DNA of 64,000 nucleotides from Ramazzottius varieornatus (GCA_001949185.1 BDGG01000001.1:2249324-2313323), one strand, 5' to 3'; shown: positions 23,464 through 40,657, numbered from the stretch's first letter. Translations and numbers: made by a program. Notes: generated from the letters alone by a model not told the origin.

Positions 23464-26400
23464 TTAATTCGTCGGGAAATCTTTGATTTCGGACAACAAC
23501 GCTTCCAGACCCTCAGCATCGTCAATGCCATCCTCGTCATCGTCATCCGTCTCGTCTCTCTTCAACTCGCTGACATCTACAGGCAGAACATTAGCCATAC
23601 ACCCACCATCAATTTTTGCCTCATGAAGTTCTCCACCGGCAACTCTTTCTTCGGTCGGCGATCCATCTTTCTTCTTAGCCACAGGTCCTTCCGGCTCTTT
23701 CGGTGTGTCTGGATCCTTTCTTTTGACACCAGCAGAGTCGGGCCGAGCGGAGGCACCTGAAACTGTCCCAATATTCAAATTAGTATATTCGTCACTTGGA
23801 GAAGCCATCTTTGTCGAGGTTGGCAAACTCATTCTCCAAGTGGCGCATTTGTCGAAGTTAATGGCCCAGAGCGTGCGCCACTGGTAAAAACAATCTTGTC
23901 GAGTTTGCTCGTGTGTGTCTCGTTGCATACTTAAGGAAAGACAATCTTACCGATCGGCTGAGGCAACTTTTCACCTGCCGAAACTGCGGCTGCTTGCACA
24001 GTGACAGACGGCTGAGTTTCGTCTTTCATCTCCACATCGCCGCCCTCTTCATCGTCCCTTTCAGCGTCGGTGTAGTCGTCCGAATCATGCTCATCATCTG
24101 AGTGCGATGGATCAGGACCGCGATCGTTGGGTCCTCTGCGTGCGACTTGTACACCTTGTCGGATCAGCCGCTCTTCAAACTTCTCGACCACCTCCAGAGT
24201 CGCCGCGTGCAGATTCGTCCTGGTGTTTCGCTTCAGCTTCTTGAGCAGCTCCGGATCTTTCGGCAGTCTTGGGTTATGCAAGGACTGCATATCGGTATTG
24301 CCCAAGGTGTACTTCGGCACGACCAATCGATTGTACACCAAGGCACGAAAGTACTTGATATCCTCCATCCTGTGAAATACAAGCCATAACCAAATGGCCA
24401 AGCTACTTCTGCCTTTTCCCCTACCAAAACGCCTGTCAAATTGATGTCGAGCACGGACCTATCACATGTTGTCGTACAAAAAGGCAAGACTGGCATCAGC
24501 GCTAAAGGGGGCCTATGCAAACAAACTCGACTAGATCGTTTCCCAAATGACGCACACTGTCAGGCAAAAATACTGTAAAGGTGCGCCAGTTGGAAAACAA
24601 TCTCGCCGAGATTGCAATAGCACTTCAAAAGTGGAATCGATGTCGCACGTAGAAGACCAAAACACGAAACTTCAGTCGGTATTTGGAATGACGTACAGCA
24701 TTTGGAAGACGTCGTCAGCACGAATGGGGCGTCCATGGACTCGATGAGGGATGGTACTGCCGTTCAGCCTGCTCCGCGCCAGAACCTTGATCAGTCTTCG
24801 GACACTCTGCAGTTTCAAGTCCGTGAAGTCACCGATGGGAGAGTCTTCCAGGTTCTTGGCCACCTCCACGTCCAGAGATCCCCCAAACTCTGGGCGAATC
24901 ATCCTAAGAACCCAAATGGTCACGAACTTGTCCAGCATGCCGTTGCCACTTCCGCTGAACTTGAAGGTCAGTATTTCCTTGTCGTAGTCCTCATCCTTCA
25001 CCTTACAAATCTTGCAAATCGCCTCGGCACAGTCCGCAACGAGGTTTCTAGCCTCATTAAGCTTCTTCAGGAAGAATTTGTATTCCTCGTCACTGATGTT
25101 GGATGGCAGGACGTACTCGTCGAGGTTACGAAGACGTTGCTGGTACTCTTTCAGCATCACCTTAAGCTTCTGGAGGTACCTGCAATTTGATGCTTCAGTA
25201 CGTATTCCGCAATTATGAAGCTCGCAAAACGAACTCGACCAGCTCGTCTTTCCAAGTGGCGCACTCTTCCAGCCAATGCCGTCGAGGATGTGAGCCACTT
25301 GGGAAAACGCTCGGGTCGCGCTTGTTTGCCGAGCTTGCCGAGAAGGCTACCTGTTAAGACGAAAGTATTCATACAGCAGCAGGTCACAAAGAAATTACCT
25401 TAGTTCATCTGGCGTCAGTTTCGCGATGTTGGCTAACGGAATGCCGTCTTCGTCCACAGGTTCTTCCTCCGTCTCGTCATCATCATCTTGGGCATCTCCA
25501 TCATCTTCGTCCTCCTCGTACCCGTTCTCATCGTTCCCATCTCCCGCCACCTCTTTCGCATTACCGGCCTGCTGCTGTCCACTGTTCGGTCGGGAACCGG
25601 AAGGACCGGGCTGCTTGTCGCTGTGTTTGGCCACTTTAGGTTTGGCTTCGTCACTTGGGCCACCTGTGGGAAGAATCTCATGCCCAACTGAATTAACCCC
25701 CATGGTTAACTTTTAGATTTCGCCAAAGGCACCATGGAAGGGTATACTGGTAGCCATAGTTGTAACCTATATGGGAAAGGAGGAAATAAAGTACTTTTGG
25801 CCGGCGTTTGAACGACTGGCGTTTGAGGTGTCTCCTCCTTCTCGTCAGTTGACAGTCCATCTCCCCTGGCTTCTGGCACATTCGTCGTAGTATTCGAGAT
25901 GCTGGCCTTCTCGACGCCCGAGGTAACGGTGGCAAGGTCCATAGCTACGGTAAAAAGACAGTTGATAACAAACAGAAGAGCAAGTTTTCGATGGAACAGA
26001 ACACGTACGCTCAGATGCTTTTGACGGTAAGAGAACATCCGGTTGTGGTCCGTTAACAGCTTCAGTCATTTCCACGTCCTGCCCCTCTGTCCTCAAACTA
26101 ACTTGTGAAACGTCAGGCTGAGCAGAAACGGGCGACTTCTCCTTCTCGACAGCTGTAGGGATACAGTTCTTCAAAGTCGATGGCTTGTTGTCTGACTTAG
26201 GTGGCGCAGGTAGTTCCATGATATCGTCGTCGTCATCGTCATTTCTGGGAATCTTCTTACAAGTCTTCTTAGGAGTTTCGCACTCTTCGCCGTCAGAGTC
26301 AAGTGTAATGACGTCCTGTTCGGAAAGAACGCACTTCTGTGAAGTTACTTTGTCCGACGGTGATACTTTCCTCTTAGCCGCCGAACTGTGACAACAAGCA

Positions 26401-26564
26401 TAAGCTTGAGCTTATCATTACCCACTTCATACTTAAGATAACTAGAACAGTTACCTAGACGAAGTCGACACAGCAGCTGACGATGGAGCGGACGGGCTGT
26501 GAGCGCTTTGGCCTCCGGAAGACCTGACACCTCCACCATCCTTAGGCGCAACTGGAGTTTTCAT
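23464..26564 (-). CDS. DAXX: Daxx-like histone H3.3 chaperone
   Basis: By eye, YLQKLKVMLKEYQQRLRNLDEYVL...ICKICKVKD...FKFSGSGNGMLDKFV...HRMEDIKYF...DPELLKKLKRN..LEVVEKF follows the Daxx histone-binding domain pattern. N-terminal SIM-like DVITLDSD and acidic disordered flanks are present. Some junctions near 25.2-25.4 kb and 24.4-24.7 kb are ambiguous. Confidence 0.7.
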
Positions 26565-27013
26565 CCTGGCAGCACTGACGAGAACGGCTGACGTCCCTCG
26601 CGATAGGCTTCTGATCTCTGGAGGGTTCCTGTAAGGATATCCGGATGTGATTATCTGAAAAGAGCAGAAAACTGAGAAAAGGTGCTGGAGGAAATGGAAA
26701 GAATGGGAAATAGAATTTTCTTTGAAGGAAAGAAAATGAAATTGTGCCGTTTCCGCTCCCTCCTGCGCTTGATTGACGATTGATCGGAAAAGCTGGTCGA
26801 TTGTCAATCAGCTGTTTACCAGCGCTCTACGAGCGGGATCGCAAACTCTGCATTTAAGTTTATCGAGCCTTAATTAAATTATTCTGGTTTGGTTTAAGTG
26901 GTCTGCTCAAGTAAGGTTTCTTGCGTGTTCCCTAAGTTATACTATCGACTATCGGGACCAGCAGGAGCTACCGAAGCAGGAGGTCTCAGCGGAAAACGGC
27001 TCTGGGACGAACC

Positions 27014-27651
27014 ATGCTGCGGACGGTTTCGTCGCGACTGACACACGTACGCCTAGTTCCATCATGCAGCGGGTGTGCTGTGCCATCTAGAGCGAAGTCA
27101 GACCAAATCATCTCCAAAGTCAGCCCTGATGCCTCGACAGAAATTGCCACTATCGATGAAATGAAGGACGATGACAAGATAAACCTGCAACTGAACAAAG
27201 GCGCAGACGAGCTGCTGGAAGACGTGAAGACACACACTGGACAGGTATAGACGACTGTATATAAATTATATAGGCGCACTCTAATTAACACTGTTCATGT
27301 TTTCTTCCATGTTTGAAGAAATGGGATTCTGAGGATTACAGAATGCTTCGTTACGTCAAGTTTCCCAAGCTTGTGAATGCCAGACCAGCCATCCAGCTAA
27401 TAGCGGAAGTGCCACCAGTAGCTGTTCAAGGATCGAGGACCTTCTGTGATGGTGGGGGAGGCCCTCTGGGCCACCCTAAAGTCTTCATTAATGTGGTTCG
27501 TGCTGTCTTTCTTGTCGTCTCGTAATTCATTGGTCAGCGAATGTACGATTTCTTTTTCTTGTAGGATAAACCAGGAAACCATGCGTGCGGCTACTGTGGC
27601 ATCCGTTTTTTCAAAGACGAGCACCACGAACACGAAATCACTACGCTTTGA
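27014..27651 (+). CDS. NDUFS6: NADH dehydrogenase iron-sulfur protein 6 (complex I, zinc-finger subunit)
   Basis: Mitochondrial presequence, then THTGQ|KWDSEDYR...AIQLIAEVPP...CDGGGGPLGHPKVFINV|DKPGNHACGYCGIRF. Confidence 0.96.
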
Positions 27652-28080
27652 AAGGCAATCCGCTGCAGTTTATTCATGCTTTCAGCGTTTGTCCCACAGT
27701 CCCCAGAGGATTATTGGAAGGTTGAGTCAAGGTTCGCTTCTCGATTGTGACGTGTTGTGTATAAACCTACTGAAGGTGCGCGTTTAATAGTTCTAAGACA
27801 GTGAGTAACGACTTCTAGAATCTAGATTAGTATTGGGACTGATAGTCTACCAGTTCTTCTACTTCCTCGTTGTCGAAACCGATGTCCAAGTCAAGCGGAA
27901 GTCAAAACGGTCCCAGCAACGGAACTTTGTACTCGAAATGTCTGGTTTGCAGTACTTCCATATAAAGAAACAGTGATCCGTGTACATCGGACTATAACCA
28001 GATTACGGAATCAAAATGTTATGAGCGTAACAGTCTATGAAATCATGAAATATTCGTCGTATAATACTGGTTTTCCAAAT

Positions 28081-30867
<2,787 letters not shown>

Positions 30868-32133
30868 AATTTGTTATGCTAGAACAGCAAGACTACTGCT
30901 TGAATCTTGTACTTTAAGAGTCACCCAACGCTATAACAGTACTCTTTTTCCAAAGCACAAACCGTAGATAGGAGATCAAGCGCAAACTGATGTAATGAGC
31001 CCCGACGACTTCAATGCGCACGAACTCAACAGTCTTCCCTTTGTCAGACTAATTTCTTAGCCAACTTCAAGAGGAAGAAACGACTAGTGATGTGGAACAG
31101 ATGGGAAGAAGTTTATCTCGAGAGTCGTGAAAAGCAACGCAAAAGAAAAATTATAAAATGGAAAATTTCTTTCGCACATGCTATGCTGGATTACATGAAG
31201 TACCTTCTTGCCGCCAGCAGCGCACCCTGGCACCTCACTAAAATCGGGAACCACTGCTAGCCTAGTAACCAGCCGCACGGTGGCGCGGATGTCTAAATCC
31301 ACTTATTCATTCACCGCATTGAACCATTGGTAATTTGTCGCATGTTTGATCGAAAAGCAATAAATAGAAACTCAGGCCAGCACAGGGGCACGCTTCTTGC
31401 CGTCAGTATGGTTTCTGTTGTAGAGGTCATACTGATGTAAGAATGGCCTACTTATGCTTAGTCGCGGGACATGACTGTAACAACCTCTTGAAAGTTTCGC
31501 GCAGTTACGAGACCGGCTCATGGAAAACTTTCCGGGCGAAGAGACGATAGACGGATAAAGTCGGATAAACTCTCTAGTTACCCCGGGCGATATTTTCTGG
31601 GACTATACAGTACAGCACTGCGCGAAACCATAGTGCCTAGTGCGTGCTGTGGCCTCGGGGGAACCCGGGGGGTCTCAGCATAGTCTTTACTCAATCCTCG
31701 ATTCCTCATGCTCCCAAGGCCCAAGTAGACTTGCTGAAAATTCTCAGTTTTTGGCGAATGAAGGAACAGGTGTCGAGCGCAGGTGTGCAGTGAGCATCAG
31801 AACATGACGACACGCGTCTAAAAACAGCGGTTCCGTCACCGTTTGACTTGATTAGATGCACTCGAACGCTGCACAACTACAAGACTGCTTGGTTGACGAA
31901 AATTTGCACTGCGTGCATTCGGCCGGTAAAGAGGCTGAACAAAGTAGTCGAATTGAGCCAATCGCAGATCTATTCAGGAAATGGAGAATTTCCAGCAACT
32001 CCAGGCCCAAGCCTCCTCAATCCTCACTTCACACACCTGTTACTGCCCTTCACCGAGGTAGGTTGCAATCCAAGACTCTGTTGTGGTTTGTGTTATCGTT
32101 TGGTTTGTTTTGCTTACAGGTATTTCCGTAGGC

Positions 32134-33361
32134 ATGGCGCCAACAATGCCTTTCCGCCCGCGCTGTCCAAACCCTGGTGAGCGACGGGTATCGGAGGAAG
32201 CTGGACGCTCGAAGCGTCGACCTAGTCATGACCGGAAACGGGCAGGCACCACCGCGCGCGATGGCAGCGAGTCACCGTCGTTTGGCTTACCGATATCCAG
32301 GACCGAGCGGAAACGCGCTAGGAGAGAGAAGAACCACGCTGTAGTCACCAAGCTCGACATTAAGGAGGATCTCGACGAAGTAAGCAGCTCAGAAGGGGAA
32401 TACGGAAGTGACTTGGACCTGGATAAACCACTGTACTTTGTGGGAGAATACGCTGGTAATCGTGCCAGACTCGTGGAGGAAATGTTCTCGAGCCTAAAGA
32501 AAGATACGATTGAACGGATGATTCCTCCTATCCTTCGCTGCTATTCGCTGAGGGAACTAGAGGACAAATGCGTGTACGAACTCGACGGAATGTCCAAGAG
32601 AAGAATTCGAGCAGTTCTTAATGGACAAGATATGCAGTCATCCTCGGGAACGGAAGACTCGGAAGAAGACGAAGCGCGCCTTCGGCAGAAGAAACAACCA
32701 GCTGTAAGATTGATTGAAAAGAAGTAACATGAGGCAGTAAGAAGGATTCAGCCACCCATGAAATGTCGTTATTCGGCGGGGTGGCCGACACATATTCTTG
32801 TCCGAGAGTGGAACAGATGATTGAATCGAGTTTGGTGCTTTTCAGAGGGACGATTATCCGTCAGACGATGACTCGATCCCTTCTTCGCGAACAACTCCGT
32901 CTCCTGAACCTTCGAAACGACGTGCTCCTATGGAAGAGAATAAAGTTCAGACTGATGTCTGCGTGGACGGTGTGGACCCATCCGAGATGGAACTGGTGGA
33001 ACTGGAGCTTCGCGCACAGGCACTGCGGGCCATGATGAGCAAGTTGAACGCCGGCGATTCACCCGAAGCCGATGAGGACCTGAATAATGAAAGTTCCTTC
33101 GCTCTGGAAGACGGAGAAATCGATGAAGGCCTCGACGAAGGTCATTTCGCCCTTGAACAGATTCTTGATCAAGAGTGGAATACCCGCACGCCTTCTTCTC
33201 ATCCTCGGTCTACGAAAGACGGCGACGAATTACCCGAAGAGCAGTTAGTGGATGATATACAGCTGGAAGACGAAGTCCCTGAGTCTACCAGTAGGAAGGA
33301 AGTTGACAAGGATGTGTTTGAGATTCATGTTGATGAAGACGAGCTAGCGGACTTTCTCTAG
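32134..33361 (+). CDS. CAAP1: Caspase activity and apoptosis inhibitor 1-like
   Basis: VEEMFSSLKKDTIERMIPPILRCYSLRELEDKCVYELDGMSKRRIRAVLNG and MELVELELRAQALRAMM resemble the CAAP1 conserved blocks. Phase-0 intron 32704-32845. Confidence 0.8.
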
Positions 33362-33574
33362 TTCTCCCTACCGTTCGAAGATGCTTCGTGATAGGCATAC
33401 TGCGCATTTCATCAATAGAAATTCACAACGAAATATACTTAAATTCCCAATCACAGTGCAAGGTCAGTTTTACGAGTTTTACGAGCGATCCTCGCCAACA
33501 GTAGACGAAGGGCTACTGCCATTTAGAAGTTGACGCGAGAACGGTAAGTGGCAGGTGAAAAAAAACAAAAACTC

Positions 33575-33656
33575 TGATCACGGTGGGATTTGAACCCACG
33601 CCTCCGAAGAGACTGGAGCCTTAATCCAGCGCCTTAGACCACTCGGCCACATGATC
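33575..33656 (-). tRNA. tRNA-Leu (anticodon AAG)
   Basis: GATCATGTGGCCGAGTGGTCTAAGGCGCTGGATTAAGGCTCCAGTCTCTTCGGAGGCGTGGGTTCAAATCCCACCGTGATCA. It has a 7-bp acceptor stem, a long variable arm, a T-loop and a downstream T-run Pol III terminator. Confidence 0.97.
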
Positions 33657-33976
33657 TTTCCATACTACTCTAGGAAAAGTTAGCGCTATTAGGCTAATGC
33701 GGCTGTAAAGCCCTGCTTGATTGTTGTTGCGCAGGGGCCGAAAAGCCACTCAGATCATCTTTCAATTTTCGAACTTCGGATCGGAAGATGTCTTGCTTTC
33801 GCTCTCCGTGATGTAGTTTTACTTGCCTTCTTCCTGGTGTAGTTTTCAAGGCCAAGAGAAGAGCCCATCTGGAAGCATCGCTTTGGCGAAAAGCTGAAAC
33901 TGTGCAGGTGGAAGAGCATCCGCAGTTGATCTGCCGTCTCACCTACTGTATTGTGATCTTCGCCCTCCCCCTCATC

Positions 33977-36464
33977 ATGCTACGCGCCGCAAACAAGCTC
34001 CATCTTTCCACAGTAAGCACGTTCGCCTCTGTTAAGGTGTGTACGTCGTACTAAGATTTCTTCTATGGTTGCAGCTTGCGGAGAGTCAGGGTATAGTCGC
34101 TCAGCAGCCATCCGTTGGTTCAAAGAAGCTCATCCACACGAGTCGATCACGGTTACGGGAGTACGACTATAACGCGGAACAGAAGTCTGGGTGAGATATT
34201 TCCCACGATGTAGTGTGGCGTGGATGGCACCGACAGTCGTTATTGCGCATTTTAGATCGGCAGGCGGGAAGATCATCAAGTTTGTGGGATTGGGCACAGT
34301 GGCCGTGGCAGCTCCATTAGGCTATGCGATGTACGATCCAGAGTTCAGGAAAACTCTCCAGCATCAGCTCCCTTTTACCAAACCCATCTTGGACGGCCTG
34401 TTGAAAGCAACATCTCCGTCTCATACACCTGCACGTACATCAGGCCCACCGCAAGCCATCACGAAACCTTCACCGACTATCGATACATCCAAGCCGATTT
34501 CCTTTACGCCCTCCAAGCCTGTAGTTAGCGACAAGAAGCCTCTGGAAGTAAAGCCTACGAGTACTCCTGAAGCTCGAACACCATCTCCCGTTCCTACCAT
34601 CTTTGGAAGCACCGCGGATAAAGTCACCACTGACAAAACACCTTTAGGTAAGGTCTTGCTTGAGCAAAGTCTTATTTGCATCGTAAGGAATTCGTCCTGA
34701 ATCCTGGTCGCTTTAAACGAACCGATATGCCAAAGTACGATGGAAGCTTTTAGACTGCAAGATTTTTCGTGAATATCGTTATGGTATCATTCTGTGTTTC
34801 AGCTTCGGAAAAGAAACCAGTTTTACCTTCTGAGTTAGACGGAAACAAAGCCGGAAGTGACAAGAAAAAGTCTTCTGGCTCGTCAAGCGGAAGTGGCTTT
34901 GGGACAGGTCTCGGGACAGCGCTTGCTCCCGCTCCTGCGCCGGTCAACCAGACTTCTTCCACCACAACATCGGACCTATTCAGCAGAGGTGACGATAAGG
35001 AACTGCGGCAAGATGTTGTTGCAGCCAAGGCAAAGATCGCCGGGTTGGAAACCAAAGTGCAAACATTAGAGGTATCATCTGAAGCTTAAGTGATCGTTCC
35101 AAATTTTCTTACTGCAGTTGCTTACTAATTGTGCTGTTCGCAGAAAGCTGCGCAGGAAGTCTTGGAAAAAGCGAAACGCATGCAGCTTTACGACCTGGCG
35201 GTTTTTTTGGATGGTCGGGAGCTAACACCGGACGAGGAAAAATTGGTCGAAGCCGCCGTAGCCAGTGCTAAAGATCATCTGGACGCTGCTTTTGATACTT
35301 ATGTAAGCGATTACATTTACTGAAACTTCTTTTCGTGGACACGCAGATTTGTGGCTGCTATGAGTGCTTTTGGTAATTATGGGGTTTTCTGATTAAATTT
35401 ACAGATTGAGGAATTGGAGGAAGAGCATGAATGGGATGTCCAGCAACAGTTGAAACGACAGATCGCCGCACACGCCGGTGCCGTCGGTGATGCTCTAAAA
35501 CAGCAAGAGCAGGAACTTGAGAAGCTTTTTCAGACAAGACTTGAAAGAAGGCTGGAAGAGGAAAGACAGCGATTTAACTTGCAAGTAGCCAGCGCGCTTG
35601 GACGCGTAAAGGGAATCGAAGATGCCATCGCAAGTGAGTGTCCAATTCGTGTTTTCCTGAAGTTTCTTCGGTTTTGAAATGATCGTGTTACTTTTAGGTC
35701 GAGCAAAGGCAGACAAACTGAGTCAGAAAGCCCAATACCTCTGGCATACCTCGCACGCCTTGTACGATGCCGTGAAACATGGCGAGAAAGGTACACAGAC
35801 CACAGGAGAAAAGCTAGTTCCGCTGTCGCGTTTTGTCACTTTGGCGAAAGTCTTTAGCGACTCACACCCCTTCGTCCTCAGCATTTTACGGGTAAGAAAC
35901 CAAGATTGCTAATTCTTTCTGTCCTAGCCAAGCTCTTTTCGATTTCGATTTTGCTTCCGATCGTTACTAGAATGAGTCTCGCTGATCTACATTCCTGGTC
36001 TCTTTTTCGCTATTTAGGCTGTGCCGGAAGAAGCTTTGGTGCGAGGTGTCTACAGCGAAGACACCTTACGTGCTCGGTTTGAAAATGTGCGGAACGCAGC
36101 TCGTCGAGTGGCACTAGTAGACGACCATAACGCCAGCATGTTCCGCTACTTTCTTTCATACATACAGTCGGTTCTAGTCCGCGACAGGCATTACGCGCTG
36201 AACGATGTTTCACAAGTCGATCTCGACGGGCTGGACACCTTCAGAATACTTGCTACTGCCCACCGGCTAGTGCAGGAAGGCGACCTGGAAACCGCCGTTA
36301 GGTTCGTCGGACAACTCCAGGGCGAACCGAGAAGAGTAGCGCAAGACTGGTTAAAAGAAACGAGATTGTATCTGGAGACTCAGCAAATTTCTAGATTGTT
36401 ACTGGCGCATGCTTCGTCGGTTGGGCTTGCGAATGTACCAGTCGAAGTGTCGAAAAATAAGTGA
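33977..36464 (+). CDS. IMMT: MICOS complex subunit Mic60 (mitofilin)
   Basis: Presequence MLRAANKL, TM GLGTVAVAAPLGYAMYDPEFRK, coiled coil QQLKRQIAAHA, and mitofilin domain RGVYSEDTLRARF...FRYFLSYIQS...GDLETAVRFVGQLQGEPRRVAQDWLKETRLYLETQQ. Confidence 0.95.
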
Positions 36465-39400
36465 ACGCGTTTTTAATTATTCAGTTTGCTTTGTGAAATT
36501 CTAGTAAGGTGACTCTGCTCCCTAACTTGTTACTTGTCGTCTTCATCAACGCGGTTGGAGAATTGGTCGCTTCCAGATTATCCGGAGACTGGATAGTTCG
36601 AAAATGAGTGAAAATTTTGAAGAACTATAATTATTACGGTCATTTCTTTCCCCACGTAATAAACTGTAAGAAAATGGTTCTTCTTTCGTTCGGACTACAG
36701 TACAGATTTACAAGTACATGTCGGCTCTCTTTTCCATCAGGACATGAGCTTGAACACTCTTCTCCCAAAATTCAGGCGCTACGAAAAACACCAAAGGGTG
36801 GATACAGGAATTAGGAGTATGCGGGATGAGCGACAACCGGAAGTGAAACAGTCATAAAAGGACTCACCATTAAGAACATCCTCGAAATCGATAGTTTCGT
36901 CCTTCCCATTAAGGACTTCCAAATGGAGATGAGAAGGAGGAAAGACCGACATTCTCGAGGGCTGTACGCAAAACATATAATGTGAGACAAAAGTGTTTGG
37001 ATCAGCAGCCAGCGTATCACTGATCATACCTGCTCGACGAGGAACTTCTCCATCTGCAGTCTTAAGGGTGCGTGGATACCCTGGGTAGAACGGAGCATGG
37101 CATATCTCACCTGATCGTAGTTATCCGTGTTCTGCAACAGAAATTTTCACGATTAGTTTTTGGATAGCGGGAAGGTGAAATCTTCAAAAATATGAAAGCG
37201 ACAGTAAGATAACAGCCTGTGGAGGCCACTTTCGGCTCGTATATACGTACCAAAAGTTCGGACAGTTCCAAAGGATGAACTTCTGTACTCTTTTTCGCCA
37301 CCGATCCCAACCTGACACAAAAGACCAAGAATGAGGGAAGCTCCACACTGGCATCCGGCAACGATTATCTGCGTAATTGTGGAGGAAGGACACAGTCGAA
37401 CGAGTCAACCCGTAACACCGTAATATATACGCAAATATTAGGCTAGTTAGAGCTGAGAAGCTTCTGTCCGTACCCAGTCTGTAAGGCGTCCCGTAGGCCA
37501 TGCAGATTTATTTCTGTCTGAGGCAGTGGGTCATTAACTGTGGTGATACCTTTCTTGCTCCCGGCGTGAAGCGGAGGGTATCCGAAACTCTGTCAAGGAG
37601 CAGCAAAAAAACTACTGTAGTTATCTTGACACACCTATACGAGCAACTCGCTGGAGCAAAACGTCTGCTCGAGATCCCAACTTACCATTTTGAGAGATCT
37701 GGGCAGAGAATGTTCCCGTACTCACAGACAAAACGGTCAGGCGCTGGCTGAGTGTTTGACCGGAAGAGGAAACAGAGAAAAACGGGATGACTTCGCAGAA
37801 GGAAAGCGAACCCACGAGAACAAAAATATGCAACTCATCGTCCTCGCAGATCTGATGTTGTCGTTTACGGCTCAACCAGGTCGAATTGCGATCGCATCGA
37901 GCGCCCAAGTCGAGCAAACCCAGAACCGACCCAAATGACTTGTCACTTGTGTGAACCGGCGGTGGACGGTAACTTATTCACCCCAATATCGAAAATCACG
38001 GAACTCCCCCGCTATATGGGCGGCGGATAAGTGCATAAGTGAATGTGCTCTCAAAATCTTATAGCAAACACATTTGATAGGTATCAAAACAGTAGGGTAC
38101 GAGGAGCGAGGCCCTACTTTAGCCACAAGAATACTTTGTCCAGTCAGGTCCTGTAGGTGGCAATATTGGCGTCCTGTCTGGGTTGAACTCAACTGATTCA
38201 CGTTTACGGCCATAAGGAAGAGCGGACAAAGTTCCAGCCCTTCTGATTTTCCGTGGAAATCAAGGTAGAAGCCAATATGCACCTACAGCATGAGCTCCTT
38301 ATTTCTTTTCTGGAAGTCACATATCACTCATTATGCGATGTTGCGAAAGATTATCTCCCAAGTCGTGCACAATGACTGCGCTTCACATCACCATATCGTT
38401 CTGAAGCGTGGGAAGATTTCGCTAAATTTACCCTCAAAACGTGGCCGGAAATTCATTCATGATTTTCAAAGCCAGCGATAGAAGATATAACTAGCTTCCA
38501 CAAGCGCTTTCACCCACACAACCGCTTTCGGTTTGGTAGTTACACTTTCGATGACGTCATGCGCCACCGGGATACGAGACGGCGGGGGATTAGACCAGCC
38601 TAACCGTCCTCTGCGCCGTACCTTTCCTCCTGTTGGCCCTCAGAATCAATACGTAGTTCCGGCTAACAGTTCAATACCTGGGTGATTTCAGTGCAACCAC
38701 CCTGAACAAAAGTAGCAGGAGCCTCGGATGGAGCATTTCCAAGGCGACATGACTTCTCGCAACGGTTCAGCCATGCGTATCGGGTGAATTGGAACGGACG
38801 AGAGCCTTCACGGGCCCTTCAGAAGTAGCAGAACTCAAGTCGGTGAAGATTCGTTCCTGAAAGATCACTGAGAGGCAAGAGAGATCATGCAAGATTGTGC
38901 AGAATGAAGACTATTTTAATTCGTGATTCGAAACACACAACGGCTTAATTGAAATAAGGAAAATTGGAATAGAACACTACGGTCGACTTGAATTAGCACG
39001 TTACTACCGGAAAACCACAAGTTTAGGTTCGCCAGTCAAACCTACAGGTGTTAGCATCAAGCCCGCAGTACAATTCGCCAGTTTGTCTCCGGATCTAGCG
39101 CATTCAGATGCCAGCACATCGGGGCTTATTTTCGCAGTCTGTCTCTCACGATTGCGTATCACTAATCGTTGATTTGATGGGGAGATAAATTCGCATAGTA
39201 TCGCCGGAAGTGAAGCCGTAGAAATTTCCAGTGACTTCATGAAACATTCAGAATTCATCGCTGATCCATCATTTTCAGACTGACATCTCACTCATCGTCA
39301 AGAATCAGAACAACGGAAAGCGGAAGACCGATGGCAGAAGATGGGTAAGAAGCCTTTCACGAGCACGTCTCCCAAAGAATCCGTCGTGGACTTGAATCCG

Positions 39401-40657
39401 ACGAGAATTCCGTGCATCCACCGTCACCATCTGCAACCAGTGAGCTGAACATTTCTGTTGGAAGTCCAAATGTTGGAGTCCCAAATGTTAAGTCTACAGG
39501 GGGAAGGAAGAAGGTCATAATATATTAGAAAATGAAATTACCGAACGACGTCGTAATAATTCAAACAATTCGAATTGCTGTCGGAAGCTGAATTCCGATT
39601 AATCGTGATCTTCATTTCAGTAACGACGAACTACCGGCAACTCGAATTACGGCTACCGGAAGAATTTCGATTGATCGTAATTGTAATTCAGACTGCAAAA
39701 GTCTTATCGTAACAACACTGCCGTTGAGAACCGGTACAACAGGCAACTTTGTTATCAGTGCGCTAATTTTATCTCTACTGAACAGGACAACAGAAGTTTG
39801 ATGTGAGAAATATTGATCCACTGCCTACCGTTCGAATGTTGAGGTGCGCTTGGGGTTGCGAAGCCGTTCCGTGTTTTGGATATTTCACTGAATAAGTCAC
39901 CCGTCTACGGCCGTAGCGGCCTGTATTAGATGTATCAAAATTGCAGTGCGACGTCCCCGGCTTAAGGTTGGTTGGAGTGCAAAACTGACCGCGACGCTTG
40001 ACGTAATTGGTACATTCAATAGAGGCCGCTACGTTGAGCACTGGGCCGCAGGTCCAAAAGTACGCTGTAACTGTGCTGCGCTTGTTACCAGGGCGCTGTG
40101 CGCTGTGGTGTGCTGCGCAACTTTCATGCCCAGTGGCTAAGCAGCTGTGCTGCAGACGCACGTTGCCTCGGGGCAACTGTGCGGAACGCCGCTGTATTGA
40201 CGTGTTTTGTAATTCAGTCAGCGAAATCGGTAGTCAACCTGGAGAACGTTGCCCTAAAGTACGACAAAGATGAGACGGTCGACGTTCGAATGCCCAAAAA
40301 CTGTAATTCTTGTAAGGTTTCGGTAGGTGCATCTGCGCGGTAGTCTATAGCTTTCTGCTGTATGCTGTGCTGTGCCGCACAAATTTCATCAGTTCACGCG
40401 CCACTGCTGTGCTGCAGCACAGCACAGCTGCAGTACAGTACGGCGCATGCGGCCAGATTCCGTCCTCTACCGCTACGGCCCTGCACCGTGACCCGTCCAC
40501 TCTCCACCGCGGGCGTGAACTGACTCTAACCCAAAGCTCTGGTACCCTACAGCTCCTGTTGTGGAATGTTGATACCTGCGATTTTCATATGCGCTTGATC
40601 TTGTGGGTATCTTGTGTTGTTTCAGGATGAACTGGAGGACTCTGTGAAGGAGCTACA

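Noticed and set aside
31500-31720. GC-rich foldable segment between PRP4K and CAAP1 as an ncRNA
   Set aside because: The stems are imperfect and there are no diagnostic snRNA, SRP or RNase P motifs.
36600-39450. Scattered short ORFs and splice-like signals
   Set aside because: I could not assemble a consistent reading frame or recognise a domain.
40089-40485. ctgtg/ctgcag-rich stretch bounded by CAGGGC...GCCCTG as a hAT-type MITE
   Set aside because: Only 6 bp of terminal match and no 8-bp target duplication. It may be a decayed repeat but I cannot support it.
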